The notes below the pieces were generated by a model that saw nothing but the letters and a program-made list of their open reading frames with translations, made no database searches and was not told where the DNA came from. This document shows positions 42,501 to 56,500 of a DNA stretch of 64,000 nucleotides, in pieces. Position 1 is the stretch's first letter; every line of letters begins with the position of its first letter. A program made the translations under genes and the position numbers. Source of the DNA: the human T2T-CHM13v2.0 reference genome, Homo sapiens; the NCBI RefSeq assembly GCF_009914755.1, contig NC_060933.1, one strand, 5' to 3'.

Positions 42501-45500
42501 GGAATGGAATGGAAGGGAATGGAATGGAATGGAATTAACCTGAACAGAATGGAATGGAATGGAATGGAACGGAATGGAAGGGAATGGAATGGAATGGAAT
42601 TAAGCTGAAGAGAATAGAATGGAATGGAATGGAACGGAATGGAATGGAATGGAATGGAATGGAATGCAATGGAATGGGATCAACCCGAGTGCAGGGGAAT
42701 GGAATGGAATGGAATGCAATGGAATGGAATCAATCAACCCGAGTGCAATAGAATGCAGTGGAATGGAATGGAATGGAATGGAAAGTACCCGAATGGAAAG
42801 GAATGTAATGGAGTGTAAGGGAATTAAAAAGAATCAATCCGAATGTAATGGAATGGAAGGGAACGGAATGGAATGGAATGGAATGGAATGGAATGAAATG
42901 GAATGGCATGGAATGGAATGGAATCAACCTGAGTTCAATGGAATGGAATGGAATGGAATGGAATGGATTCAACCCGAATGGAATGGAAAGGAATGGAATA
43001 AACCCGAGTGAAATGGCATGGAAGGGAATGGAATGGAATGGAATGGTAAGGAATAGAATGGAATGGAACGAAATGGAATGGAATGGAATGGAATGGAATG
43101 GAATGGAATGGAATGAACCCGTGTGCAATGGAATGGAATGGAATGGAATGGAATGGAATGGAATGGAATGGAATGGGTTCAACTAGAATGGAATGGAAAG
43201 GAATGGAATCAACCCGAGTGGAATGGCATGGAATGGAATGGAAAGGAATGGAATGGAATGGAATGGAATGGAATGGAATGGAATGGAATGAAATGGAATG
43301 GAAGGGAATGGATTGAAATGGAATGGAATGGAATGGAATGGAATCAACCCGAGTGCAATGTAATGGAATTGAATGGAATGGAATGGAATGGAATGGAATG
43401 AATTCTACCCGAATGGAATGGAAAGGAATGGAATAAACCCGAGTGGAATGGCATGGAATGGATTGGAATGGAATGGAATGGAATACTACGGAAGAGAATG
43501 GAATGGAACGAAATGGAATGGAATGGAATGAACACGTGAGCAATGGAATGGAATGGAATGGAATGGAATGGAATGGAATGGATTCAACTCGAATGGAATG
43601 GAAAGGAATGGAACCAACCCGAGTGGAATGGCATGGAATGGAATGGAATGGAATGGAATGGAACGGAATGGAATGGAATCAACTCGATTGCAAAGGAATG
43701 TAATGGAATGGAATGGAACGGAATTAACGCAAATAGAATGGAATGGAAAGGAATGGAAAGGAATGGAATGGAAAGGAATGGAATGGAATCAATCTGAGTG
43801 CAGGGGAATGGAATGGAATGGAGTGCAATGGAATGGAATGGAATGGAATGCAATGGAATCACCTCGATTGCAATGGGATGGAATGGAATGGAATGGAATG
43901 GAAGGGAATGGAATGGAATGGAATTAACCTGAACAGAATGGAATGGAATGGTATGGAATGGAATGGAATGGAATGGAATGGAATGCAATGGAATGGAATC
44001 AATCAACACGAGTGCAATAGAATGCAGTGGAATGGAATGGAATGGAATGGAAAGTACCCGAATGGAATGGAATGGAATGGAGTGTAAGGGAATTAAAAAG
44101 AATCAATCCGAATGTAATGGAATGGAATTGAAAGGAAAGGAATGGAATGGAATGGAATGGAATGGAATGGAATGGAATGGAATGAAATGGAATGGCATAG
44201 AATGGAATGGAATCAACCCGAGCGCAATGGAATGGAATGGAATGGAATGGAATGGAATGGAATGGATTCAACCCGAATGGAATGGAAAGGAATGGAATAA
44301 ACCCGAGTGAAATGGCATGGAAGGGAATGGAATGGAATGGAATGGTACGGAGTAGAATGGAATGGAACGAAATGGAATGGAATGGAATGGAATGGAATGG
44401 AATGGAATGAACCCGTGAGCAATGGAATGGAATGGAATGGAATGGATTGGAATGGATTCAACCCGAATGGAATGGAAAGGAATGGAATAAACCCGAGTGA
44501 AATGGCATGGAAGGGAATGGAATGGAATGGAATGGTACGGAGTAGAATGGAACGGAACGAAATGGAATGGAATGGAATGGAATGGAATGGAATGGAATGA
44601 ACCCGTGAGCAATGGAATGGAATGGAATGGAATGGAATGGAATGGGTTCAATTCGAATGGAATGGAAAGGAATGGAATCAACCCGAGTGCAATGGCATGG
44701 AATGGAATGGAATGGAATGGAATGGAATGGAATGGAATGGAATGGAATGGAATGGATTCAACCCAAATGGAATGGAAAGGAATGGAATAAAAACGAGTGG
44801 AATGGCATGGAATGGAGTGGAATGGAATGGAATGGAATGGAATGGAATGGAATGGAATTAACCCTAATAGAATGGAATGGAATGGAATGGAATGGAATAG
44901 AAGGGAATGGAATGGAATGGAATGGAATGGAATTAACCCGAATAGAATGGAATGGAATGGAATGGAATGGAATGGAATGGAATCAACTCGATTTCAATGG
45001 AATGGAATGGAATGGAATGGAATGGAAGGGAATGGAATGGAATGGAATGAAATTAACCCGAATAGAATGGAATGGAATGGAATGGAATGGAATGGAATGG
45101 AATAGAATGTAATCCAACCGAGTGCAGGGGAATGGAATGGAATGGAATGCAATGGAATGGAATCATACGGAATGGAATGGAATGGAATGGAATGCAATGG
45201 AATGGAATGGAATCAACCCGATTGCAATGGAATGGAGTGGAATGGAATGGAATGGAATGGAAACAACCCGAATGGAATGGAATGGAAAGGAATCGAATGG
45301 AATCAACCTGAGTGCAGGGGAATGGAATGGAATGGAATGCAATGGAATGTAATGGAATGGAATGCAATGGAATCAACCCGAGTGCAATGTAATGGAATCG
45401 AATGGAATGGAATGGATTCAACCCGAATGGAATGGAAAGGAATGGAATAAACCCGAGTGGAATGGCATGGAGTGGAGTGGAATGGAATGGAATGGAATAG

Positions 45501-48500
45501 AATGGAATGGTACGGAATAGAATGGAATGGAACGAAATGGAATGGAATGGAATGGAATGGAATGGAATGGAATGGAATGGAATCAAACCGAGTGCAGGGG
45601 AATGGAATGGAATTGAAGGCAATGGAATGGAATCATCCGGAATTGAATGGAATGGAATGGAATCAACTCGATTGCAATGGAATGGAATGGAATGGCATGG
45701 AATGGAATGGAATGGAATGCAATGCAATGGAATGCAATGGAATGGAATGGAATTAACCCGAATAGAATGGAATGGAATGGAATGGAAGTAAATGGAATGG
45801 AAGGTAATGAACCCGAGTGCAGGGGAATGGAATGGAATGGAATGCAATGGAATGGAGTCATCCGGAATGGAACGGAAAGGAATGGAATGGAACCAACCCG
45901 TGTGCAATGGAATTGAAAGGAATGGAATGGAATGGAATGGAATGGAATGGAATGGAATGGATTCAACCCGAATGGAATGGAAAGGAAGGGAATCAACCCA
46001 AGTGGAATGGCATGGAATGGAATGGATTGGAATGGAATGGAATGGAATGCTACCGAATAGAATGGAATGGAACGAAATGGAGTAGAATGGAATGGAATGG
46101 AATGCAATCAACCCGAGTGCAATGGAATGGAGTGGAATGGATTGGAATGGAATGGAAACAACCTGAATGGAATGGAATGAAATGGAGTGTAAGGGAATTG
46201 AATACAATCAAACCGAATGTAATGGAATGGAATGGAACGGAATGGAATGGAATGGAATGGAATGCAGTGGAATGGAATCAAACCTAGTGCAATGGAATGG
46301 AATTGAATGGAATGGAATGGAATGGAATGGAATGGAATGGAATCAATTCGATTGCAATGGAATGGAATGGAATGGAATGGAATGGAATGGGTTCAACTCG
46401 AATGGAATGGAAAGGAATGGAATCAACCCGAGTGGAATGGCATTGAATGGAATGCAATGGAATGGAATGGAATGGAATGGAATGCAATGGAATGGAATGG
46501 AATGCAATGGAATCAACCCGAGTGCTATGTAATGGAATTGAATGGAATGGAATGGAATGGAATGGAATGGATTCAACCCGAATGGAATGGAAAGGAATGG
46601 AATAAACCCGAGTGGAATGGCATGGAATGGAGTGGAATGGAATGGAATGGAATTGAATGGAATGGAATGGTACGGAATAGAATGGAATGGAACGAAATGG
46701 AATGTAATGTAATGGAATGGAATGGAATGGAATGAACCCGTGTGCAATGGAATGGAATGGAAAGGAATGGAATGGAATGGAATGAACCAGTGTGCAATGG
46801 AATGGAATCGAATGGAATGGAATGGAATGGAATGGATTCAAGTCGAATGGAATGGAAAGGAATGGAATCAACCCGAGTGGAATGGCATGGAATGGAATGG
46901 AATGAAATGGAATGGAATGGAATGGAATGGTACGGAATAGAACGGAATGAAACGAAATGGAATGGAATGGAATGGAATGGAATGGAATGGAATGGAAAGG
47001 AATGGAATGGAATCAACCCGAGTGCAGGTGAATGGAATGGAATGGAAGGCAATGGAATGCAATCATTCGGAATTGAATGGAATGGAATGGAATGCAATGG
47101 AATCAACTCGATTGCAATGGAATGTAATGGAATGGAATGGAATGGAATTAACCCTAATAGAATGGAATGGAATGGAATGGAATGGAATGGAATGGAAAGG
47201 AATGGAATGGAATCAACCCGAGTGCAGGTGAATGGAATGGAATGGAAGGCAATGGAATGCAATCATCCGGAATTGAATGGAATGGAATGGAATGGAATGG
47301 AATCAACTCGATTGCAATGGAATGTAATGGAATGGAATGGAATGGAATTAACCCTAATAGAATGGAATGGAATGGAATGGAAGGGAATGGAATGGAATGG
47401 AATGGAATGGAATTAACCGGAATAGAATGCAATGGAATGGAATGGAATGGAATGGAATGGAATGGAATGAAAAGGAATCAACTCGATTTCAATGGAATGG
47501 AATGGAATGGAATGGAATGGAATGGAATGGAATGAAATTAACCCGAATAGAATGGAATGGAATGGAATGGAATGGAATGGAACGGAATGGAATGGAATAG
47601 AGTGGAATGGAATGGAATGGAATAGAATGGAATCCACCCGAGTGCAGGGGAATGGAATGGAATGGAATGCAATGGAATGGAATCATACGGAATGGAATGG
47701 AATGGAATGGAATGGAATCAACCGGATTGCAATGGAATGGAGTGGAATGGAATGGAATGGAATGGAAACAACCCGAATGGAATGGAATGGAATGGAATGG
47801 AGTGTAAGGGAATTGAATAGAATCAATACGAATGTAATGGAATGGAATGGAACGGAATGGAATGCAATGGAATGGAATGGAATCCAATGGAATGGGTTCA
47901 ACCCGAGTGCAATGGAATGGAATCGAAAGTAATGGAATGGAATGGAATGGATTCAACACGAATGGAATGTAAAGGAATGGAATCAACCCGAGTGGAATGG
48001 AATTTAATGGAATGGAATGGAATGGAATGCAGTGAAATGGAATCAAACCTAGTGCAATGGAATGGAATGGAATGGAATGGAATGGAATGGAATGGATTAG
48101 ATTCAACCCAAATGGAATGGAAAGCAATGGAATCAACCCGAGTGGAATGGCATGGAATGGAATGGAATGGAATGGAATGGAATGGAAAGGTACGGAATAG
48201 AATGGAATGGAACGAAATGGAATGGAATGGGATGGAATGGAATGGAATGGAATGGAATGGAATAGAATGGAATCCACCCGATTACAGGGGAATGGAATGG
48301 AATGGAATGCAAAGGAATGGAATGGAATGGATTCAACCCGAATGGAATGGAAAGGAAAGGAATAATCCCGAGTGAAATGGCATGGAAGGGAATGGAATGG
48401 AATGGAATGGTACGGAGTAGAATTGAATGGAACGAAATGGAATGGAATGGAATGGAATGGAATGGAATGGAATGAACCCGTGAGCAATGGAATGGAATGG

Positions 48501-48900
48501 AATGGAATGGAATAGAATGGAATTTGTTCAACTCGAATGGAATGGAAAGGAATGGAATCAACCCGAGTGGAATGGCATGGAATGGAAAGGAATGGAATGG
48601 AATGGAATGGAATGGAATGGAATGGAATGGATTCAACCCGAATGGAATGGAAAGGAATGGAATAAACCCGAGAGGAATGGCATGGAACGGAGTGGAATGG
48701 AATGGAATGGAAGGGAATGGTACGGAATAGAATGGAATGGAACGAAATGGAATGGAATGGAACGGAATAGAATGGAATGGAATGGAATGGAATGGAATGA
48801 ACCCGTGTGCAATTGAATGGAATCGAATGGAATGGAATGCAATGGAATGGATTCAACTAGAATGGAATGGAAAGGAATGGAATCAACCCGAGTGGAATGG
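33581..48900 (+). repeat. ~7.7-kb tandem duplication (copy 1 ~33581-41120, copy 2 ~41121-48800)
   Basis: Rare markers recur at ~7.69 kb: TAAGCTGAAGAG 34909/42601, ATACTACGGAAGAG 35781/43483, TAAAAACGAG 37086/44788, TTCAAGTCGAA 39150/46837, TAATCCCGAG 40681/48363. Matching ORF-track peptides recur at offsets 7687-7707. Confidence 0.93.
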
Positions 48901-50540
48901 CATGGTACGGAATGGAATGGAATGGAATGGAATGGAAAGGTACGGAATAGAATGGAATGGAACGAAATGGAATGGAATGGAATGGAATGAATGGAATGGA
49001 ATGGAATATAATGGAATCCACCCGATTGCAGGGGAATGGAATGGAATGGAATGCAATGGAATGGAATGGAATGGATTCAACCCGAATGGAATGGAAAGGA
49101 ATGGAATCAACCCGAGTGGAATGGCATGGAATGGAATGGAATGGAATGGAATAGTACGGAATAGAATGGAATGGAACGAAATGGAATGGAATGGAATCAA
49201 CCTGAGTGCAATGGAATGGAGTGGAATGGAATGTAACGGAACGGAAACAACCCAAATGGAATGGAATGTAATGGAGTTTAAGGGAATTGAATACAATCAA
49301 TCCGAATGTAATGGAATGGAATGGAACGGAATGGAATGGAATGGAATGGAATGGAATGGAATGGAATGGAATGAAATGGAATGGCAGGGAATGGAATGGA
49401 ATCAAACCGAGTGCAAAGGAATGGAATGGAATGTAATGGAAGGGAATGGAATGGAATGGATTCAACCCGAATGGAATGGAAAGGAATGTAATAAACCTGA
49501 GTGGAATGGTATGGAATGGAATGGAATGGAATGGAATGGTACGGAATAGAATGGAATGGAACGAAATGGAATGGAATGGAATGGAATGGAATGGAATGGA
49601 ATCAACCTGAGTGCAATGGAATGGAGTGGAATGGAATGAAATGGAATGGAAACAACCCGAATGGAATGGAATGTAATGGAGTGTAAGGGAATTGAATACA
49701 ATCAATCCGAATATAATGGAATGGAATGGAACGGAATGGAATGGAATGGAATGCCGTGGAATGTAATCAAACCTAGTGCAATGGAATGGAATGGAATGGA
49801 ATGGAATGGAATGGATAGGATTCAACCCAAATGGAATGGAAAGCAATGGAATCAACCCGAGTGGAATGGCATGGAATGGAATGGAATGGAATGGAATGGA
49901 ATGGAATGGTACAGAATAAAATGGAATGGAACGAAATGGAATGGAATGGAATGGAATGGAACGGAATGGAATGGAATCAACTCGATTGCAATGGAATGTA
50001 ATGGAATGGAATGGAATGGAATTAACGCGAATAGAATGGAATGGAATGGAATGGAACGGAATGGAATGGAATGGGATGGAATGGAATCAATCTGAGTGCA
50101 GGTGAATGGAATGGAATGGAATGCAATGGAATGGAATGGAATGGAATGGAATGCAATGGAATCAACTAGATTGAAATGGGATGGAATGGAATGGAATGGA
50201 ATGGAAGGGAATGGAATGGAATGGAATTAACCTGAACAGAATGGAATGGAATGGAATGGAACGGAATGGAAGGGAATGGAATGGAATGGAATTAACCTGA
50301 ACAGAATGGAATGGAATGGAATGGAACGGAATGGAATGGAATGGAATGGAATGGAATGGAATGCAATGAAATGGGATCAACCCGAGTGCAGGGGAATGGA
50401 ATGGAATGCAATGCAATGGAATGGAATCAATGAACCCGAGTGCAATAGAATGCAGTGGAATGGAATGGAATGGAATGGAAAGTACCCGAATGGAATGGAA
50501 TGGAATGGAGTGTAAGGGAATTAAAAAGAATCAATCCGAA
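33581..50540 (+). repeat. HSat3 block 3, GGAAT on + strand, sequence type B
   Basis: Type B markers: GAACCCGTG(T/A)GCAA, GGATTCAACCCGAA..GGAAAGGAATGGAATAAACCCGAG, CAAACCTAGTGCAA, TTAACCTGAACAGAA, TCAATCAACCCGAG, GAATACAATC and TTAAAAAGAATC. Type A markers not seen. Confidence 0.88.
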
Positions 50541-53500
50541 TGTAATGGAATGGAATGGAACGGAATGGAATGGAATGGAATGGAATGGAATGGAATGGAA
50601 TCAACTCGATTGCAATGGAATGGAATGGAATGGAATGGAATGGAATGGAATGGAATGGAATGGAATTAACCCGAATAGAATGGAATGGAATGGAATGGAA
50701 TGGAATGGAATGGAATGGAAGGGAATGGAATGGAATTGAATGGAATGGAATGCCTTCAAAACGAATGGAATGGAAAGGAATTGAATCAACAAGAGTGGAA
50801 TGGAATGGAATGGAATGGAAAGGAATGGAATGGAATGGAATGGTACGGAATAGAATGGAATGGAAGGAAATGGAATGAAATGGAATGGAATGGAATGGAA
50901 TGGAATCGTTCCAAGTGGAATAGGAGGGAATGTATTCGAGTGGAATGGAAAGGAATGGAATCAACCAGCGTGGAATGGAAGGGAATGGAATGGAATGGAA
51001 ACTAATAGAATGGAATCAACCCGAGTGGAATGGAATGGAAAGGACTGGAATGGAATGGAATGGAATGGAATGGAATGGAATGGAATGGAATCAACTCGAT
51101 TGTAATAGAATGGAATGGAATGGAATGGAATGGAATGAAATGGCATGGAATGGAATTAACCCGAATACAATGGAATGGAATGGAATGGAAGGGAATGGAG
51201 TGGAATGGAATGGAATCAACCCGAGTGCAGGGAAATGGAATGGAATGGAATGCAATGGAATGGAATCATCCGGAATGGAATGGAATGGAATGGAAAGCAA
51301 AGCAATGGAATCAACTCGATTGCAATGGAATGGAATGGAATGGAAAGGAATAGAATGGAATCAACCCGAGTGGAATGGAATGGAAAGGACTGGAATGGAG
51401 TGGAATGGAATGGAATGGAATGGAATGGAATCAACTCGAATGGAATGGAATGGAAAGGAATGGAATGGAATGGAATGGAATCAACTCGATTGCAATCGAA
51501 TGGAATGGAATGGAATTAACCCGAATAGAATGGAATGGAATGGAATGGAACGGAACGGAATGGAATGGAATGGAATGGAATGAAATGGAACGGAACGGAA
51601 CGGAACGGAATGGAATGGAATGGAATGGAATGGAATGGAATGGAATGGAATCAACGCGAGTGCAGGGGAATGGAATGGAATGGAATGCAATGGAATGGAA
51701 TCTTCCGGAATGGAATGGAATGGAATGGAATCGAATGAAATGCAATGGATTAAACTCGATTGCAATGGAATGGAATGGAATGGAATGAAATGCAATGGAT
51801 TCTACTCGATTGCAATCGAATGGAATAGATTGGAATGGAATGGAATGGAATGGAATGGAATGGAATGGAATGGAATGGAATTAACCCGAATAGAATGGAA
51901 TGGAATGGAATGGAACGGAATGGAACGAAATGGAATGGAATGGAATGGAATAGAATGGAATGGTATGGAGTGGAATGGAATGGTACGGAATAGAATGGAA
52001 TGGAACGAATTGTAATGGAATGGAATTGAATGGAATGGAATGGAATGGAATGGAATGGAATCAACGCGAGTGCAGGGGAATGTAATGGAACGGAATGCAA
52101 TGGAATGGAATCATCCGGAATGGAATGGAATGGAATGGAAAGGAATGGAATCAACCCGAGTGCAATGGAATGGTGTGGAATTGAATGGAATGGAATGGAA
52201 CAACCCGAATGGAATGGAATGTAATGGAGAGTAAGGGAGTTGAATAGAATCAATCCGAATGTAATGGAATGGAATGCAACGGATTGGAATGGAATGGAAT
52301 GGGATGGAATGCAATGGAATGGAATCAACCCGAGTACAATGGAATGGAATGGAATGGAATGGAATGGAATGGAATGGAATGGAATGGAATGGAATGCCTT
52401 TAAACCGAATGGAATGGAAAGGAATGGAATCAACACGAGTGGAATGGAATGGAATGGAATGGAATGGAACGGAATGGAATGGAATGGAATGATACGGAAT
52501 AGAATGTAATGGAACGAAATGGAATGGAATGGAATGGAATGGAATGGAATGGAATGGAATGGAATCGTTCCGCGTGGAATAGGAGGGAATGTATTCGAGT
52601 GGAATGGAAAGGAATGGAATCAACCAGAGTGGAATGGAAGGGAACGGAATGGAATGGAAACTAATAGAATGGAATCAACCCGAGTGGAATGGAATGGAAT
52701 GGAATGGAATGGAATGGAATGCCTTTAAACCGAATGGAATGGAAAGGAATGGAATCAACACGAGTGGAATGGAATGGAATGGAATGGAATGGAATGGAAT
52801 GGAATGGAATGATACGGAATAGAATGTAATGGAACGAAATGGAATGGAATGGAATGGAATGGAATGGAATGGAATGGAATCGTTCCACGTGGAATAGGAG
52901 GGAATGTATTCGAGTGGAATGGAAAGGAATGGAATCAACCAGAGTGGAATGGAAGGGAACGGAATGGAATGGAAACTAATAGAATGGAATCAACCCGAGT
53001 GGAATGGAATGGAAAGGACTGGAATGGAATGGAATGGAATGGAATGGAATCAACTCGATTGTAATGGAATGGAATGGAATGGAATGGAATGGAATGGAAT
53101 GGAATGGAATTAACCCGAATACAATGGAATGGAATGGAATGCAACGGAATGGAGTGGAATGGAATGGAATCAACCCGAGTGCAGGGGAATGCAATGGAAT
53201 GGAATGCAATGGAATGGAGTCATCCGGAATGGAATGGAATTGAATGGAATGCAAAGCAATGGAATCAACTCGATTGCAATGGAATGGAATGGAATGGAAA
53301 GGAATACATTGGAATCAACCCGAGTGGAATGGAATGGAAAGGACTGGAATGGAGTGGAATGGAATGGAATGGAATGGAATGGAATCAACTCGATTGGAAT
53401 GGAATGGAATGGAATGGAATGGAATGGAATGGAATTAACCCGAATAGAATGGAATGGAATTGAATGGAACGGAACGGAACGGAATGGAATGGAATGGAAT

Positions 53501-56500
53501 GGAATGGAATGGAATGGAATGGAATGGAATGGAATCAACCAGACTGTAGGGGAATGGAATGGAATGGAATGCAATGGAATGGATTCAACTTGAATGGAAT
53601 GGAAAGAATGGAATCAACACGAGTGGAATGGCATGGATTGGAATGGAATGGAATGGAGTCAACCCGAGTACAGGGGAATGGAATGGAATGGAATGCAATG
53701 GAATGGAATCATCCGTAATGGAATGGAAAGGAATGGAATGGAATGGAATGGAATGGAATGGAATGGAATGGAATAGAATCAACTCGATTGCAATCGAATG
53801 GAATGGAATGGAATTAACCCAAATAGAATGGAAAGGAATGGAATGGAACGGAACGGAACGGAATGGAATGGAATAGAATGGAATGGAATGGAATCAACGC
53901 GAGTGCAGGGGAATGGAATGGAATGGAATACAATGGAATGGAATCTTCCGGAATGGAATGGAATGGAATGGAATGGAATGGAATCAACCCGAGTGCAGTG
54001 GAATGGAGTGGAATGGAATGGAATGGAATGGAACAACCCGAATGGAACGGAATGTAATGGAGAGTAAGGGAGTTGAATAGAATCAATCCGAATGTAATGG
54101 AATGGAATGGAACGGAATGGAATTGAATGGAATGGAATGGAATGCAATGAAATGGAATCAACCCGAGAGCAATGGAATGGAGAGGAATGGAATGGAATGG
54201 AATGGAAACTACCCGAATGGAATGCAATGTAATGGAGTGTAAGGGAATTGAATAGAATCAATCCGAATGTAATGGAATGGAATGGAACGGAATGGAATGG
54301 AATGGAATGGAATGGAATGGAATGGAATGGAATGCAATGTAATGGAATCAACCCGAGTGCAATTGAATGGAATCGAATGGAATGGAATGCAATGGAATGG
54401 ATTCAACTTGAATGGAATGGAAAGAATGGAATCAACACGAGTGGAATGGCATGGATTGGAATGGAATGGAATGGAATCAACCCGAGTACAGGGGAATGGA
54501 ATGGAATGGAATGCAATGGAATGGAATCATCCGTAATGAAATGGAAAGGAATGGAATGGAATGGAATGGAATGGAATGGAATCAACTCGATTGCAATCGA
54601 ATGGAAAGGAATGGAATTAACCCGAATAGAATGGAATGGAATGGAATGGAACGGAACGGAATGGAATGGAATGCAATGGAATGGAATGGAATGGAATTGA
54701 ACGGAACGGAATGGAATGGAATGGAATGGAATGGAATGGAATCAACGCGAGTGCAGGGGAATGGAATGGAATGGAATGCAATGGAATGGAATCTTCCGGA
54801 ATGGAATGGAATGGAATGGAATGGAATGAAATGCAATGGATTCAACTCGATTGCAATGGAATGGAATAGAATGGAATGGAATGGAATGGAATGGAATTAA
54901 TCCGAATAGAATGGAATTGAATGGAATGGAACGGAATGGAATGGAACGGAATGGAATGGAATGGAATGGAATGAACCCGTGTGCAATGGAATGGAATGGA
55001 ATGGAATGGAATCAACACGAGTGCAATGGAATGGAATGGAATGGAAAGGAATGGAATGGAATGGATTCAACCCGAATGGAATGGAAAGGAATGGAATCAA
55101 CCCGAGAGGAATGGCATGGAATGGAATGGAATGGAATGGAGTGGAATGGTACGGAATAGAATGTAATGGAACGAAACGGAATGGAATGGAATGGAATGGA
55201 ATGGAATGGAATCATTCCGAGTGGAATAGAAGGGAATGTTTTCGAGTGGAATGAAAAGGAATGGTATCAACCAGAGTGGAATTGAATGGAATCGAATGGA
55301 ATGGAAAGGAATAGAATGGAATCAACCCGAGTGGAATGGAATGGAAAGGACTGGAATGGAATGGAATGGAATGCAATGGAATCAACTCGATTGCAATGAA
55401 ATGGAATGGAATGGAATGGAATGGAATGGAATGGAATGGAATGGAATGGAATAGAATGGAAAGGAATCACCCCAAGTGCAGGGGAATTTAATGGAATGGA
55501 ATGCAGTGGAATGGAATCATCCGGAATGGAATGGAATGGAATGGAATGGAACGGAATGGAATGGAATCAACTCGATTTCAATGGAATGGAAAGGAATGGA
55601 ATGGAATGGAATGCTGTGGAATCGTACGGAATAGAATGGAGTGGAACGAAATGGAATGTAATGGAATGGAATGGAATGGAATGGAATGGAATGGAATGGA
55701 ACGGAATGGAATGGAATGGGTTCAACTCGAATGGAATGGAAAGGAATGGAATCAACACGAGTGGAATGGCATGGAATGGAATGGAATTGAATGAAATGGA
55801 ATGGAATGGAATGGAATGAAATGTAATGGAATGGAAAGGAATGGAATCAACACGAGTGGAATGGCATGGAATGGAATGGAATTGAATGAAATGGAATGGA
55901 ATGGAATGGAATGAAATGTAATGGAATGGAATGGAATGGAATCAACCCGAGTGCAATGTAATGGAATGGAATGGAATGGATTCAACCCGAATGGAATTAA
56001 AAGGAATGGAATATACCCGAGTGGAATGGCATGGAATGGAGTGGAATGGAATGGAATGGTACGGAATAGAATGGAATGTAACGAAATGGAATGGAAGGGA
56101 ATGGAATGGAATGGAATGGAATGAACCCGTGTGCAATGGAATGGAATGGAATGGAACGGAATGGAATGGATTCAACTCTAATGGAATGGAAGGGAATGGA
56201 ATCAACGCGAGTGGAATGGCATGGAATGGAATGGAAAGGAATGGAATGGAATGGAGTGGAATGGAATGGTACGGAATAGAATGGAATGGAAAGAAATGGA
56301 ATGGAAAGAAATGGAATGGAATGGAATGGAATGGAATGGAATGGAATGGAATGGAATGGAATCAACCCGAGTGCAGGGGAATGGAATGGAATTGAAGGCA
56401 ATGGAATGGAATCATCCGGAATTGAATGGAATGGAATGGAATCAACTCGATTGCAATGGAATGGAATGGAATGGAATGGAATGGAATGGAATGGAATGGA

